Source of the DNA: Octopus vulgaris
Lineage: Eukaryota
Reading direction: 5' to 3'
Assembly (NCBI GenBank): GCA_951406725.2
Contig: OX597822.1
Coordinates: 41,912,001-41,976,000, forward strand
DNA: 64,000 nucleotides
Shown in pieces: positions 1 to 13,400 of the stretch. The first letter of the stretch is position 1. Each line of letters opens with the position of its first letter. The notes beneath the pieces are model-generated. The model was not told the DNA's origin. It did not search any database and worked only from the letters and a program-made list of their open reading frames with translations. The translations under genes were made by a program, and so were the position numbers.

Positions 1-652
1 GGTGTCATGCTTTACTGCTGTCTTACTGCTTGGTAGTCTATGTCGAGAGGAAAAGCTATTTATAATTTCTTTCTGAAGGGAAACATTGCAGCAACTAGCA
101 CACACTTTGTTTATATATGTGGTGTATGTGTATATGACTGTAGCAGGTGTGTGTGTATGTGCGTGCGTGTATATTGTATATTTTCACAAAGCTTAATTTT
201 CTCTGCATGTTGTATATAATGCTACTCTGACCATACAAGATTAGTAACACATGTTAAAATGTACTATAACTCATCTGAGACTCACACGCACCGTCGCCAC
301 CACTGCCACCGCCATGACATTCCACCCACCACCCTACCACCACCACCACCACTACCCACTTCTTTCTCTGACTAAAAGGAAATTTTAGTTTTTTTCTTGT
401 TAAACCATTTTTATTACATTTTGCACCACTTGCTTCAAATTTATGTTTTATTACTGTCTGTTAAATTTAGTTTCACTACTATTATTATAAGTAGTAGTAG
501 TAGTAGTAGTAGTAGTATATTCAATTCTTTAAACAATTTTTTTAAACTTCAGATCTAGTTATTTATGTAATGTTTCACCACTCCCAACAACTTGTAGCAG
601 TATAAAATATACATATATTATATATGTGTGTGGGTGTGTGTGATTGTATGTA

Positions 653-695
<43 letters not shown>

Positions 696-906
696 ATCTA
701 TAGATATGTTTATATGTATGTATATATATATATTTTATTAAATTAATTACATTCCACCCTTTATTGCATATATATATATATATATGTATGTGTATGTATA
801 TATGTATGTATATATATGTATGTATCATCATCATCATCATCATATATATATATATATATATATATATCATGCCAGTATGGAAGGCAGACATTAAGTGATG
901 ACTATG

Positions 907-949
<43 letters not shown>

Positions 950-961
950 GCATTATACCTG

Positions 962-1001
<40 letters not shown>

Positions 1002-2382
1002 ATACAAATGTAATTCTCCTATCCCCACTCTTCTCTACTAAAGCACAGTTGACAATTATGAAATTTGTACTTTATTATCAATTAAATGTTCTCTGCTCCC
1101 CTTCCCTGCATATTACATATAATTGAACGAGGACAACAACAACTACAGCATCATGCCACAGTAATTCTAGCGTCTGCAGATTTTATCAGTCTGGGTTCAT
1201 CTTCACCTTGCCACTGCTGCTGGTCTGAGGTTTAAGGACAAAGTTCAAGAGAGGACTGTCACTTACACACACAATCATCATCAGTGTCATCATCATCGTC
1301 ATCATCTCTATTCCTTTTTAGCTCTTCTACTGGCGATGCCAATGTTGGTCCAATAAGGTAGATGATATTCTCACCATAGTCTGTCTTCCTCCTCCTCGAT
1401 TTCTCTTATTGCCACAACCACTACTACTACTACCACCACCACTACTGCTACTACCACCACCATTACTACAACAAGTGCTATTACAACCACAGCTACTAAT
1501 ACTATTACTGCCACCACTACTACTACTACTAGAACCACCACATTCACTACTACTACTACCACCACCACTGCCAGTACTATCACTACCAATACAACAACCA
1601 CTACAGCCACTTCTACCCCACCACCATTTCTACTACTAACTACTACCAATATTACCGCCACCACTACAACTACTACTATTACATTCAATACCAGATTGGT
1701 AGAGTTTAATTTGGTCATATAACTAGCTCAACAAACTGTTATAGTTGCTATTATTGTGTCAAGTACATCAACATCAAAATAAAAATTGAATGGATAGTGT
1801 AGTTGTGATACCTGTGCCGGTGGCATGTAGGGCCTCACAGAGGAAATGACGAAGTCCGACACCTCTGAGATATGCTGTGACTGTGAATACCCGACAAATG
1901 AAGTGAGTTCATGGCTCACAGGACGGCCTGCTGTGCTAACCTTGGATCATAGAGTGACCCGCTGTTCTTGAGGAGACCTATTGAGTCAAGTACGTCAACA
2001 CCAACAACAAAATAAAAATCAAATGGAAATTGTAGTTAAGATACCCGTGCCGGTGGCACATAAAAGGCACCGTCCGAATGTGGCTGGTGCCAGCGCTGCC
2101 TGACTGGCATCCATGTCGGTGGCACATAAAAAACACCAACCAATTGTGGCCATTTGCCAGCTTCCTCTAGCCTCTGTGCCGGTATCACGTAAAAAGCACC
2201 CACTACACTCACAGAGTGGTTGGCGTTGGGAAGGGCATCCAGCTGTAGAAACATTGCCAGATCAGACTGGAGCCTAATGTAGCCTTCTGGCTTCCCAGAC
2301 CCCAGTCAAACTGTCCAACCCATGCTAGCATGGAAAACAGACGTTAAATGATGATGATGATTTATATATATATATATATATA

Positions 2383-2807
2383 ATATGTGACAATTATTCG
2401 GTAGCCATGATAAAACTGTGAGTTTCAGATGTCAGGGTGGAAACCCACGCCACCATCTCTTCAGTTATCTGGCCATCGAAAAAATGCTATCTTCGATGTT
2501 GTAAAAGAAAGCTTTCCATCTCATGTGCTTAATAAGTGTGACTATATCAGGGTGTTTAATTGTATATAACTGTATCAGTATGTATGGTCAATGTTTGGTA
2601 GTATGTGACACATGAGCTGGAAAGTTTCTTAGAGTATAGTTCCTTTGATGGTATAGGTATAGCATATTTTCAATGGCCGGATAACTGAAGAGATGGCGAC
2701 GTGGGTTTCCACCCCGAATAATTGTCACATATATTTACAGATAAATTCCTCTATTTACATAAAATCGAGGTCTCTTTCATTCTTTTGTTGTCTTACCATT
2801 CCTATCA

Positions 2808-2808
<1 letters not shown>
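2383..2808. mobile_element. Fold-back, hammerhead-bearing non-autonomous element (Penelope-like pLTR relic) inserted in (TA)n
   Basis: Inverted arms at about 2383-2490 and 2659-2732 (atatgtgacaattattcgg / ccgaataattgtcacatat; gggtggaaacccacg..tctcttcagttatc / gataactgaagaga..cgtgggtttccaccc). Flanked by TA runs on both sides. Confidence 0.7.
2409..2469 (-). ncRNA. Hammerhead ribozyme motif
   Basis: Minus strand reads GATAA CTGAAGA GATG..GTGG-gttt-CCAC..CATC T GAAA CT-cac-AG TT TTATC: stem I GATAA/TTATC, core CUGAAGA/GAAA, stem II GATG/CATC, stem III ACT/AGT, triplet GUU. Confidence 0.7.
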
Positions 2809-2845
<37 letters not shown>

Positions 2846-3977
2846 GTACACACACACTTACCCAAACAATGTATGACAAAAAAAAAGAGTCTAAACCTAT
2901 TGTGTGTGTGTATGTGTGTGTTTGATGTTAGAAATCGTATGCAGCTTATGGAGGCCATGCCAAAGTAGACACTGGAGCACAATGCAGTGCCTGGGCCCAT
3001 CAGGTCCTGTCAAACCATCCAACCCATGTCAGCATAAAACATGGATGTGAAATGATGACGATGTGTGTGTGTGTGTCAGATGATGATAGGAATTTCTTAC
3101 CCAAGGTAATGTGCAGTGAGAATGTACCTGGCACCACTTGATTACAAAGCAAATTTCTTATCATAACCATAGTGGTGGCACTCTTATCTACTATAGCCCT
3201 TCCCCTCATGACCTTCTTGATAACTTTGTTCTTACTGAAGATCATAGGGGCATAACTTTTACTGATGACACTGAGGTTGGTGAGTGGGGGTGGGTAGCTA
3301 TGGCTAGAGCTGGATGGATGGTGTGGGGAAAGAAGGATTGAATTGGGGGTGGAGAGTGAATTGTGTCATGCATCAGTTGAGAGTGTGAGAAGGTGATGAG
3401 AGAAAGAAGAAATATGATTGGGGAGTGGAGCAAAGTGCAGAGGACAGACAGCCATTATATTCTATTACTTGTTGACTATTAACCCCTAATTTTGCATGGA
3501 TTCTCTCACCAATACCAACTCCATCACCACCATCACTGTCATTAACATCACTATACTACTACCCATGCAATTGCCAATAATAGCTCATCACCACCTCCAC
3601 CCCTCCCATTATCGTTAATACACTCACCACCACCACCACAAATTCCACCATTATCACAACCACCAAACATCACCACTACCAACAGCACTACCACCAGCAA
3701 TATCAACACCATCCACCAAAACCAAAAACCCCCCATTAATACTACCATCACCAACACCACTACCACTATCAACACCATCACCACCACCACCACAACCACT
3801 CAGCATTACGTTCACCACCAAAGAATGTTCAGACCACCCTCCTTCACCAGTGATATTATGAGATGTGAAGAACCTATCCCTCACCCTTTTGCAATGTAAA
3901 GTGGATTAACTGACAAAAACATTCAACTTAATCCGTGTTTGTTATCTTTTACTGAGAAATTCTATGTTTCATTACAG

Positions 3978-4154
3978 GTTGATGGGGACAACCCAATCAG
4001 TAGTAGTGGTAGTGCTACTACTACCTCCAGTGTACTTACATCATGGTCAGGGCCCCATACAGTGATAGTGCCCCGCACAGAGGCTGGTTTTGGATTTACA
4101 TTACGTCACTTCATAGTCTACCCTCCAGAATCTTCCACCATTTCTCAAACTCAG
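3978..4154 (+). CDS. ARHGAP21: Coding exon of an ARHGAP21/ARHGAP23-like Rho GTPase-activating protein (N-terminal half of the PDZ domain)
   Basis: Acceptor tttcattacAG at 3976-3977 and donor CAG|GTGAGT after 4154; 177 nt, phase 0-0. Translates [59 protein letters not shown]. The WxGP...[16 protein letters not shown] motif is the hallmark of the ARHGAP21/23 PDZ domain. An invertebrate gene would be co-orthologous to both 21 and 23. Confidence 0.93.
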
Positions 4155-4254
4155 GTGAGTTCACTCAATTTCTACCTTCATTAATGACAAATTAATTTTT
4201 TTTGTTATGTTTTCTTTTTTTTGTTGGTTTGTCTTTTGTTTACTTTGTTAATAT

Positions 4255-4790
4255 ACAGGCTTGGAGAAATTGTTGAAATGCTAAAATAGCTACATGTGGA
4301 TGTGTACTGTGTGCAAGAGTGAAGATGGAGGGGAACCTCTACCAGATTCGTCATGGACCAGGAACAATAGATATAAATTCTTTTGTTTAAGCAGTAGTGA
4401 CAGTGTGGATGTAGTAAGCATACTATTAGCTGAGAAATGGGTAGAGAAAATGATTGAGGTAGTCAGAGATTGTGATAGGATAACAAAGCTTAAACTAGTT
4501 TTGGTTAATGTGACTACAACATTTATCTCTGCTTCTGTTTCACAATCGGAACTGGCAGATGAAGAGAAAGCTCAATTCTATGTGGCCCTCCTACCTTGAT
4601 AATGAATGATGATAACCTTATCATCGTGGTTAGTTATTTCCACTGACAAGCTGGGCAACACATTGATGGATTTCATGGTGTGTATAAAGGCTTTGGCTCC
4701 AGGAATGAGGAGGGAACAAAGCTGCTGGTGGTGTCTAATGCTAATGACTTGGTAATATGCAACATTAGCCTAAAAAAAACCATTTGATCC
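4255..4790 (+). mobile_element. Degenerate RTE-type LINE fragment, apurinic endonuclease domain
   Basis: Frameshifted peptide EIVEMLK..VDV..VQE..RW / YKFF..V.ILLAEKWVEKMIEVVRDCDRITKLKLVL..TFISA.V.QS.LADEEKAQFY, typical of RTE-clade APE domains. An RTE-type 3' tail follows at about 5150-5330. Confidence 0.8.
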
Positions 4791-5474
4791 CCTATTGATC
4801 TGGTGGCCACACAGGCCAGATAAGACTTCAAGTCTATGGGTGGTGCAAGGTTTCCATCCAGATCAAAGGTGGTGTGGGTATGCAACAGTAAAATGGACAG
4901 ATATTTAACAATAGAGACACAGGCTAGAAAAAACTTGAAAAATAGGGGTGCAGTGAATTGTACTGGGTAGCTAGAAGGGAATTTAGGTGACGGGTTTACT
5001 CAACAAAGGTTGCAGCAGAATATGAGAGATTTACCAATGTTCTGTGATATGAGGATTAGAAGGTGGTGTACAAGACATTGTGGGTGAGAAGTATGTATGG
5101 CTGGATAATGGTATATTTGCACTTGGTGTTTCTGCAAAGAAAGAGGCATGAAAAAGTACCCAACATATTCTGTTAAGTGGTTGACATTAGGAATGACATC
5201 CAGCCATAGAAACCATACAAAATCTGTGACACTGGAATAAGATGTGGTTCCTGCAATCTTTTGGACCTAGTCTAACTGCCTAAACCATGCCATCATGGAA
5301 AGCAAATGTAAAAATGATGACAATGATTATGAGTTATGCTGTGTCATTGTTTATCCCTCCGGTCAGTTCTGAGTCAGCGGTACCTATGAGCAATGCTGTT
5401 CCACTTATGAGCATCCCAGCTGTTCAAGCCAAATATATATGTACATGTGTATGTATATGTATGTGTGTGTCTGT

Positions 5475-5858
5475 GGAGGCGAAATGGCCCAGTGGTTAGG
5501 GCAGCGGACTCGCGGTCGTAGGTTCGCGGTTTCGATTCCCAGACCGGGCGTTGTGAGTGTTTATTGAGTGAAAACACCTAAAGCTCCATGAGGCTCCGGC
5601 AGGGATGGTGGTGATCCCTGCTGTACTCTTTCACCACAACTTTCTCTCACTCTTACTTCCTGTTTCTGTTGTACCTGTATTTCAAGGAGCCGGCCTTGTC
5701 ACTCTGTGTCACGCTGAATATCCCTGAGAACTGCGTTAAGGGTACACGTGTCTGTGGAGTGCTCAGCCACTTACACATTAATTTCACAAGCAGGCTGTTC
5801 CGTTGATCGGATCAACCGGAACCCTCGTCGTCGTAACCAACGGAGTGCTTCCATCCAT
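5475..5858 (+). mobile_element. Young tRNA-derived SINE (CpG-rich, full length)
   Basis: Box A tggcccagtgg, box B ggtttcgattccc, tail ttccatccat. Inserted in a (TG)/(TA) tract. The 3' part has a diverged minus-strand relative at about 61700-61800. Confidence 0.85.
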
Positions 5859-8800
5859 GTGTGTGTCTGTATATATATACATAAGTACCAGCCTTGTATG
5901 AAGGGTGATGTAATCTACTAACCCTTTCTCACAAAACTTGTGTCCTTGTTGCTATGTTGAAAATCACTAATGGTTCTAACATTGGCAAAAGGTCACAAAT
6001 CTGGAAAAAGAGTGTGCTGGATTTAATCAACTCCAGTGTATGACTGGTACTTTACTTTATCAACTCTAGAGGAATGAATGACAGTTGTTCCTCAGTAGCA
6101 TTCATTGCATAAGCACGATATTTTAGTTACCATATTCCATATTTTATTTGTTATCAGTGAAATGCCCTCAGCTGGAAATTGAAACCCTATCTGCAACCTT
6201 ATTACAACTCTACATCAGCTATATGATCTCTCTTGCCATCAGGCTGCTACAACTGTAACCCCTCCTCCTAACATTACTGTTACATGTTAAACTGTTAGAT
6301 AACAGCCGTAATACTAATTGGAGTAGTTTCTGTATGATAATTTGACCTTTCCCCTATCTAACATGCCACTAAATTGCTCAGCCGCTCCACTCAACACCAT
6401 TTCCATAATTCTGACGGCCTCACCCCGGATTTCCTTAAATTGAACTTATTACTTGAAGGATATCAGCTTCACCTTCAGACTTTAGGTTGAATAAAGCCAT
6501 GTTCAGTCCCTCATGTGAACGATAATTATCATACCCCTTTGTTATTGTGATTTTTAGCTGTGGACTATCAAAAGACACTCTCACACCCTCTGTTTATCTC
6601 TTACTTTCTCTCTCTATCTCTAACTAGTTTACATATTCTCTCTCCTCACACACACACACAAACAATAAAAAGCCTTGTGAATATTGACTAATATCCTATT
6701 TCTTCTTCATTATATTATATGTGTGTAGGAATGTGTGTGTTTGTTTGTGTGTATGTTCTTGGGTGTGTGTATATATGGATTACCTATCTGAGGGACCCAC
6801 TGGTATTTCTATACACTTCATAAATTAGTCCAATATTTTATCAGACATCAACAACCCACTTCAGACCAACCACAATCAAATCATTTCATATTTCTGTCTT
6901 AAATAAAGAAAAGACACATATGTAGCTATACCTACTGTTATATCAGATGAGACTGTCATAGCTAAAATACCTTTGATCTTAAGTCTGCTGGTTCAGGGTT
7001 GGAGTTAAACAACAACATCAGGCATGAACTGGCAAAATGCATTGAGCTATTTTATTTCAGATCCCACTTCTCTGAGGTCAACTTTGCTGTTCTGCATTTG
7101 TAAAAGTGCAAACCTAAGATAGTAAATTGGTACAATTGTTAGCATGTCAGATAAGATGCTTTGTGGTATTTGTTCTGATCCTTTGCTGTCTGAGTTCTTG
7201 GGTGGTAGATAGGAGAGATAAAATAGAGACTCACTGGCACTAGGGTAGCTAGAGGGGGCAGTTTGCCCCAGGCAGCACTTTTATGGGGGTGACACCACTT
7301 TTGGGTCTGTTGTAGGCAATATGTATTTTTTGTGGGGGCCCGGAGGCAGCAAACTGAAGGGCTGCCCCTGATGGCACACACTCTATGCTAGTGCCCATAG
7401 GGCCAGTCTCCCAGTTTTCATGGTGTTTATATCCTTACCGCCCACCCCCATCCCTGGATGGGATGCCTGACCATCACAGTATTACTCATTATTGTCAGCT
7501 AAGTGAACTGGAACAGTGTGAAATGAATTGTTTCGCTCAAGAGCACAATGCATCGCCCGGTCCAGGAATCAAAACCTCAATTTTGTGATCATGAGTCCAA
7601 CACCCTAACCACTAAGCTATCCACCTCAACTTGTGGGGTAGACATAAACCATTGCCCAGTTTAACACCACTGTCAGGTCCTTAGAGTACCTTTAATGAAA
7701 ATCACTTTGTTAGAAGTATTTGGATCAGGCCTGTGATTAGTGGATAATTTCTTCTCTTCCTCCCATCAATCTCAGGGGTGCTGAAAAAAGTGTATGGTCA
7801 TCCTGGGTGCTTTCTGTCTCTTCCTGATTTAACATCATCATCATCATCATCATTTAACGTCTATTGTCCATGCTGGCATGGGTCAGACAGGTAGACCAGG
7901 GCTGGCAAGCTGGAAGGCTGCACCAGATTCCAGATTAGTTTGGTATGGTTCCTATGGTTGGATGTCCTTCCTAATGCCAACCACTCTGAGATTATAATAG
8001 GTGCTTTTATGTGCCACTTGCATGACACCAGTATCTGTCACAACTGCGATTTTACTTGGCTTATAGAAAACATGGCATTATCACAATATGAAAGAACAAA
8101 ACATGGATAAAAATTCCAAATTTCAGCAACCTGTGACCATTTTAAAGACAACCTGGCTGACTAAGACAGTTTTTCCTTAGAAGAGAGGGACAGGTTGCTA
8201 AGATGGTAAGAAACTGGCATAAGGTGAGTAACCAACTAGGTAATACCTTAATGACAGTTTTAATGGACAGTGGTCAACCACAATGATATTTATAGTGTAC
8301 TATTTGGTGGAGTAAAATATGTGAACTTAGTTTAGTTTAATGAGAGGTGACACTGGACAAAGCAGGGGTGGTATCAGCTTGTATGTGTGTGTAACTGTGA
8401 GTGCATGTGTGTTAGTGTGATACTGTAAATTGAAAAAACACAAACCTTGATAGAGTTAATATTCCCTGTACTTTGTTGTAGGATACCCTGTGTTCAATCT
8501 TGGCCTTGATTACAAAGTTGGATATTTAGGGTTTTGCATTAGTGAACATGATATAGTAGTTCTACCCTTTATATATGTTATGTTTAAACAGTCTTGTTTA
8601 CCTTATACTTAATACATCCGGTGGGGACCATATCTCTTCTAAACACATATTTCAATGATAATTATGATGACTTACCAATCCTTCTTTTCAGGAGATCCCT
8701 CCCACTAACTTTTTTCTACAGGCCATCTTTAACTCAAGTAAATCCAACACAGATCCTAATTAACTGTCTTCAGAATTAAACAGTGTCTTTAATGAAATCC

Positions 8801-10119
8801 AAATTAATTGGGAGGGTTCATTTGATTTCAAAATAGCCCTGTACTGCACCCAGCTCCTTAGTAGCCTTGGGAAGTGTGTGGAATGGGCTGTGGGTGAGTG
8901 AAAGTGTTGATCTCTGAGACACTCTGAGGGTCAGAGAGGAGCAAGCTAACATTGACAAAATATATTGTTTTAATATCAGGTTTCACTTGATCAATGCAGG
9001 CTCTGTGTGTGTGTTTTGTGTGTGTGTGTGTGTGGTGTCTGTGGACTTGAATATATGTATGTGTAGATGTGATAGTGTTGTATGTGTGTGTATGTCTGTA
9101 ATTATAGTTGTATGTATAGATGTGTTTGTGATATATGCATGTTTGTACATAGTGTGTGTTTGTAATAGATCTCTATATGTGTGCGTAACCGATATGTGCG
9201 TGTGTTTATAATAGATATGTGTGTTTGTAACAGATATGTGTGTGTGTTTGTAATAGATACATTTGTGTGTGTGTGTGTGTGTGTGTGTGTTTATAATGGA
9301 TGCATGTGCTTGTAATAGATATATGTGTATTTGTAATAGATATGTATGTGCTTGTAATATACATGTGTGTGTGTGTGTGTTTATAATAGATATGTGTGTA
9401 GGTGTAAATCATGGACTCTGGAAGGCAAGGAGGAAATACAGACACTCCATTAAAAAGATAAAACCTAATTTGAATTACTATTTTGATGTTGTTGCAGCTT
9501 TTAGTGGCAGAGTTGACAATGGTATTAGTAGAAGCATTATTAATGGTCTTGGTTGTTAGTAGTACAAAGGTAGTATCAGTATAGTGCTGTTGGTGATTGA
9601 CATAGTGGGGGAGCATTGGTGTTGCTGATAGAACCATTATTTATCTTTCACTTGTTTCAGTCATTAGACTGCGGACATGCTAGGGCACCACCGTGAAGAA
9701 TTTTAGTCAGCTGAAACAACCCCAGAATTCATTATTATTATTATTATTATTATTATTTTGTAGCACTTGAAGTGTATTTTGTCACTCTTATGCTGAACTG
9801 CTAAGTCATAGGGATATAAACATACCAACACCAGTTGTCAAGTGGTGGTGGAAGACAGTCATAAGGGGACGGACACACACACACACACATCTCAAAAGTT
9901 AGGTAGAGAGAAGAAAAATAGACAAAAACTGGGCGAAAACCGAACAGACAGAAAAAGGAGAGAAAACCACAATACAAGGAACATTCGTAGCTGATTTTCT
10001 CATCAGTTGGTTTCCAAAATCTCTTAGTGGTTTCACACTATTTAAAACCAAGACCACTGTTATCAATGGGAGCACCAGAGCATAGAGCTTAATATATGTA
10101 TATATATTTATTTATTTAT

Positions 10120-10460
10120 ATAAATAAATAAGGATAAGATCGATATTTAAATACTGATCTCATCAGGTGGCCAGCTTAAGAATAGAAACCTTCAAAGGTA
10201 ATAATTATTTAAAATTATAATTTAGGGTATCTAAGAGATACCACCACGCTGGAAATAGAAGTCAAAATTTGTATTTATGTGCTTTCTGAGTATATTCCAC
10301 TGATGAAGGCAGAGCATTTCTTATGCAGAGTCAGAAATCCGGGATCTGGAATTATCCAGTAATTTTTTGCTGTATGAACATTTAATGTGGTTTTAGAGTC
10401 AGGTTTTGACTGTAATTTCTAGCGTGGTGGTATCTCTTAGATACCCTAAATTATAATTAT
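10120..10460. mobile_element. Fold-back, hammerhead-bearing element in a TA-rich tract
   Basis: Inverted repeat 10213-10267 / 10404-10458 (aattataatttagggtatctaagagataccaccacgct / agcgtggtggtatctcttagataccctaaattataatt) encloses the hammerhead at 10294-10352. Confidence 0.7.
10294..10352 (+). ncRNA. Hammerhead ribozyme motif (type I, Penelope-like minimal form)
   Basis: Stem I ATTCCA/TGGAAT, core CTGATGA (10300-10306), stem II GGC..GCAT-ttctt-ATGC..GTC, GAAA (10334-10337), near-palindromic stem III ATCC-G-GGAT, cleavage triplet AUC (after 10346). Confidence 0.75.
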
Positions 10461-13400
10461 ATATATAGGAAGAATTCACAAAAAAAAAAAGATGAAGACA
10501 GGTGGTGTAGACAACAAACATATGTATTAGTTTAACGCTCAGGAAGTGAAAAAGTATTTAGCGTTTTGAGCCTATGCTCTTCCACTGAAAGGAACACAGA
10601 AAGAAACAAGGAGTGAAAATAAACAATGTGTAGTGGCTAGCGGTGTGTGTGTTTGTGTGACAGGCTTCTATCAGTTTCCATCCACTGAATCCACTTACAA
10701 GGCTTTGGCTGGCCTAAGGCTATGGTAAAAGACACTTACCCAAGGTTCCACATAGTGGAACTGAACTCAGAACCATGTGGTTGGAAAACAAATTCTTACC
10801 ACACAGTCAAGCCTGTGCCATTATCATGGTGGTGGTGTTTGGGGAATCAGATGCGGAGTAAAACAGAACTAAGTCTTACTTCCTGTCTGCTCTAATGTTT
10901 TTTAATCATTCATATAACTGTTGTTGTTGTTGGTGGTGATGGTTATGGTGTTGTTGATGTGATTATTCCGTCATCAAATGTAATTATTGTCTAATAGAGC
11001 GAATAATTATTTAAATGACTTCAACATTTCCACATTGTTGGTAGGTTAAAGCATGGGTAACATGGAACTACCACCACACTACTACACTTACTTAACCCTC
11101 TAACTATACCACTTGTTGATTCATTGATGTGTGTGGGTTAACCATGAGTAACATAGGACCACCACATCACACTACCTAACTCTCTTACTATACAATTTGT
11201 TGGTTGACATGGGTATGTGGGTGGGTTCAACCATGGGTTAAACAACACTACCTAACTCTCTTACTATAACCACTGGTTTGTTGGTTGATGGGTGGGTGGG
11301 TGGGTTAATTATGGGTATTGTGGGACCATTACCACCAGACCACACTATTCAACTCTCTGCCCCCTACTATCTAAGTTAAGAGGCTCAAAAAAAGATCTAC
11401 AAATCTGTGCACCCTAACACACACCATATGCTTTTTACGTGGTTGCTCAGTCTGTTGAAATAGCAACCAAATCTTCCTCAAATTACACCTAATCATCAAA
11501 TAACACAACAGGAAGGCAATATATGATGGCACAAGCATGTTACATAAAGCTTACACCACATATGTGTAAAAATGTATAACTCATGTTTTATAAGGTTCAC
11601 TCCACATGTAGATGGGTGGAATGGTATATTTGAGCTTTTTCTATTTATCCTGTTAACATGAATGTCAAAGCTGTGACCATTTTTTTTCTGGCATAATTTA
11701 TACAGTACTAAGTACTCAATATGTCCCTTCTTTTTTAAGGTGAAAGAGTGTGATGTGAGGGAAATTTGGTTACTATTTCTAGCAAGTGGAGACAATTCCA
11801 TAGAAGCTGCTTTTAAATGACAGTGGAAAAAAAAGAAAAGCAACGTGTCCAGTCTACCACACAACCACCATTACTTAGATCTCTTCATGTTAGTATGTTC
11901 AGTCAGGTCCTTGCTCTGTAGGGCAGACCTAAGTTGTTCTGGACTGCCTATCTACCAATGCATCATAGGTCTGCTCAACAGCAATTAAAAAGTTGTTTCT
12001 ACCATAGCACGTGGGTTGGAGTATTACACCTTCACATTATCTTCATGGATTAGTGGAAGTGACTCACTAAAGGACTCAGGATCAGTCAAATTTTAGCTAA
12101 GAATATCTGAAATACAAGGAAGCTAATAAAAGTCTGTATCAGTAACACCGATAATAAAATCTGAAGAAGTTTGTAGGGCTCACAAGACCTTAATCCCAAA
12201 TTTCAGGGTTTGTTTACACTCCTAATACCAAATGGCACTTATGAGTTCTTTTAATATTTCAACTTATGAATGAAATTTACCATTTATTAGGGACCAGAGA
12301 GGTGGTGATTGGATGCTTTTGTGGGTTTATAGTAAGGATAAGGGGCCAATATGACATTTGAGTGTTGGAGTAGATATGCTAGGGAGCAAACAGGTGATGG
12401 TTGAGTGTTGTTGAGATTTGCAGTAAAGGTTAGGGGCCAGAGAAGGGATGTTTGATTGTTGCTGATTTATTGGGAGGATTTAGAGACCAGGCAGGTATGT
12501 TTGGATGTTGTTAGTTTGTAGTGTGGATTGGGGTTCAGACACACAGTATTTGAGTATGATGTAGGTTGTTGTGATGGATCAAGAAATGGTTAACCCTTTG
12601 AGCCACCGGTTTACCAGTGGATGGCTTATTTCTCTCTACGCTGTAGCACCAGTTGAATGCCAGGTATATGGTAAAATAGGGTTCAGGAGGTCAGGATTGA
12701 GGATCAGTCAAGATATGATGGCACAAGAATTGATTAAGGTCCTAATCACAAGAATTAAGGCCCCGTGCTGAGGAAAGGAAGCAGGATAATTAGGTTTAAC
12801 AGTTGTTGCTTTTGTTGTTATTGTTGTGGCAGTGTTTTGTTTCCTGATGAGCTGAAATCACCAAAGATCATATCATGGCACGTACAGTTCACAAGACAAC
12901 AGTGAAGTAAATAGTTTAGTAGCAGGGGTCTGTTTTGAGGATGAAGTCAGGCTGCAAGCTGATGTATCAAAGGGAAGTAATTATAGATAGTTTTGTGAAA
13001 GGTCACTGATTGTAGGTCAACCAGCTTGTGAAGGATGAAATATTGTGGGTGTGGAAATAAAGGCGAGGGGAACTTAATACAATTTTTTGGGTGGGAGAGA
13101 AAATTTAAGACAAGTTGTTATTTAGTCCCAGGTCAATCCTGAGCCAGCAGATCTATAATAATGGAAACTATTCCAGTAATATCCAAACTGATTTTGTGTA
13201 TCTTGGATTACTTTGTCCAATAGGACCTTCAAGGGAATTTGACTGTTATTTCTAACAGATTAAACCACTGAATAGAGGCTCCTCCAATTCCAAAAGAAAG
13301 TTGAGGGAGCATGAGGGCTTCTTTCTGCATAGTTGTCTACTGAAAGGATTATTTGTGTGTGTGTCAGTAGGTGCAGGTATGGCTTTGTGGTTAAGAAGTT

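Noticed and set aside
1322-1357. Possible upstream 36-nt exon (ttcctttttAG|..AAG|GTAGAT, LFYWRCQCWSNK)
   Set aside because: Phase-compatible with the 3978 exon, but the donor is weak and the peptide has no recognisable homology. It cannot be supported without RNA data.
559-3884. ORFs of 60-115 aa rich in YI, HT, VVV or PLL
   Set aside because: They are translations of (TA)n, (CA)n and (ACT/ACC)n microsatellites. The same applies to most ORFs elsewhere in the track.
5475-5548. tRNA gene
   Set aside because: Has A and B boxes but continues into a SINE body with no Pol III terminator or convincing acceptor stem. It is a SINE head.
10130-10172. Minus-strand CTGATGA-GATC..GATC near the 10294 element
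   Set aside because: Lacks GAAA and stem III, so it was not counted as a ribozyme.
12844-12875. CTGATGA-gct-GAAA-tc..gatc hammerhead-like string
   Set aside because: No stem II and no stem I pairing; likely chance, or too decayed to call.
11990-13050. Possible decayed retroelement ORF on the minus strand
   Set aside because: The composition is suggestive, but no diagnostic RT or endonuclease motif could be read.
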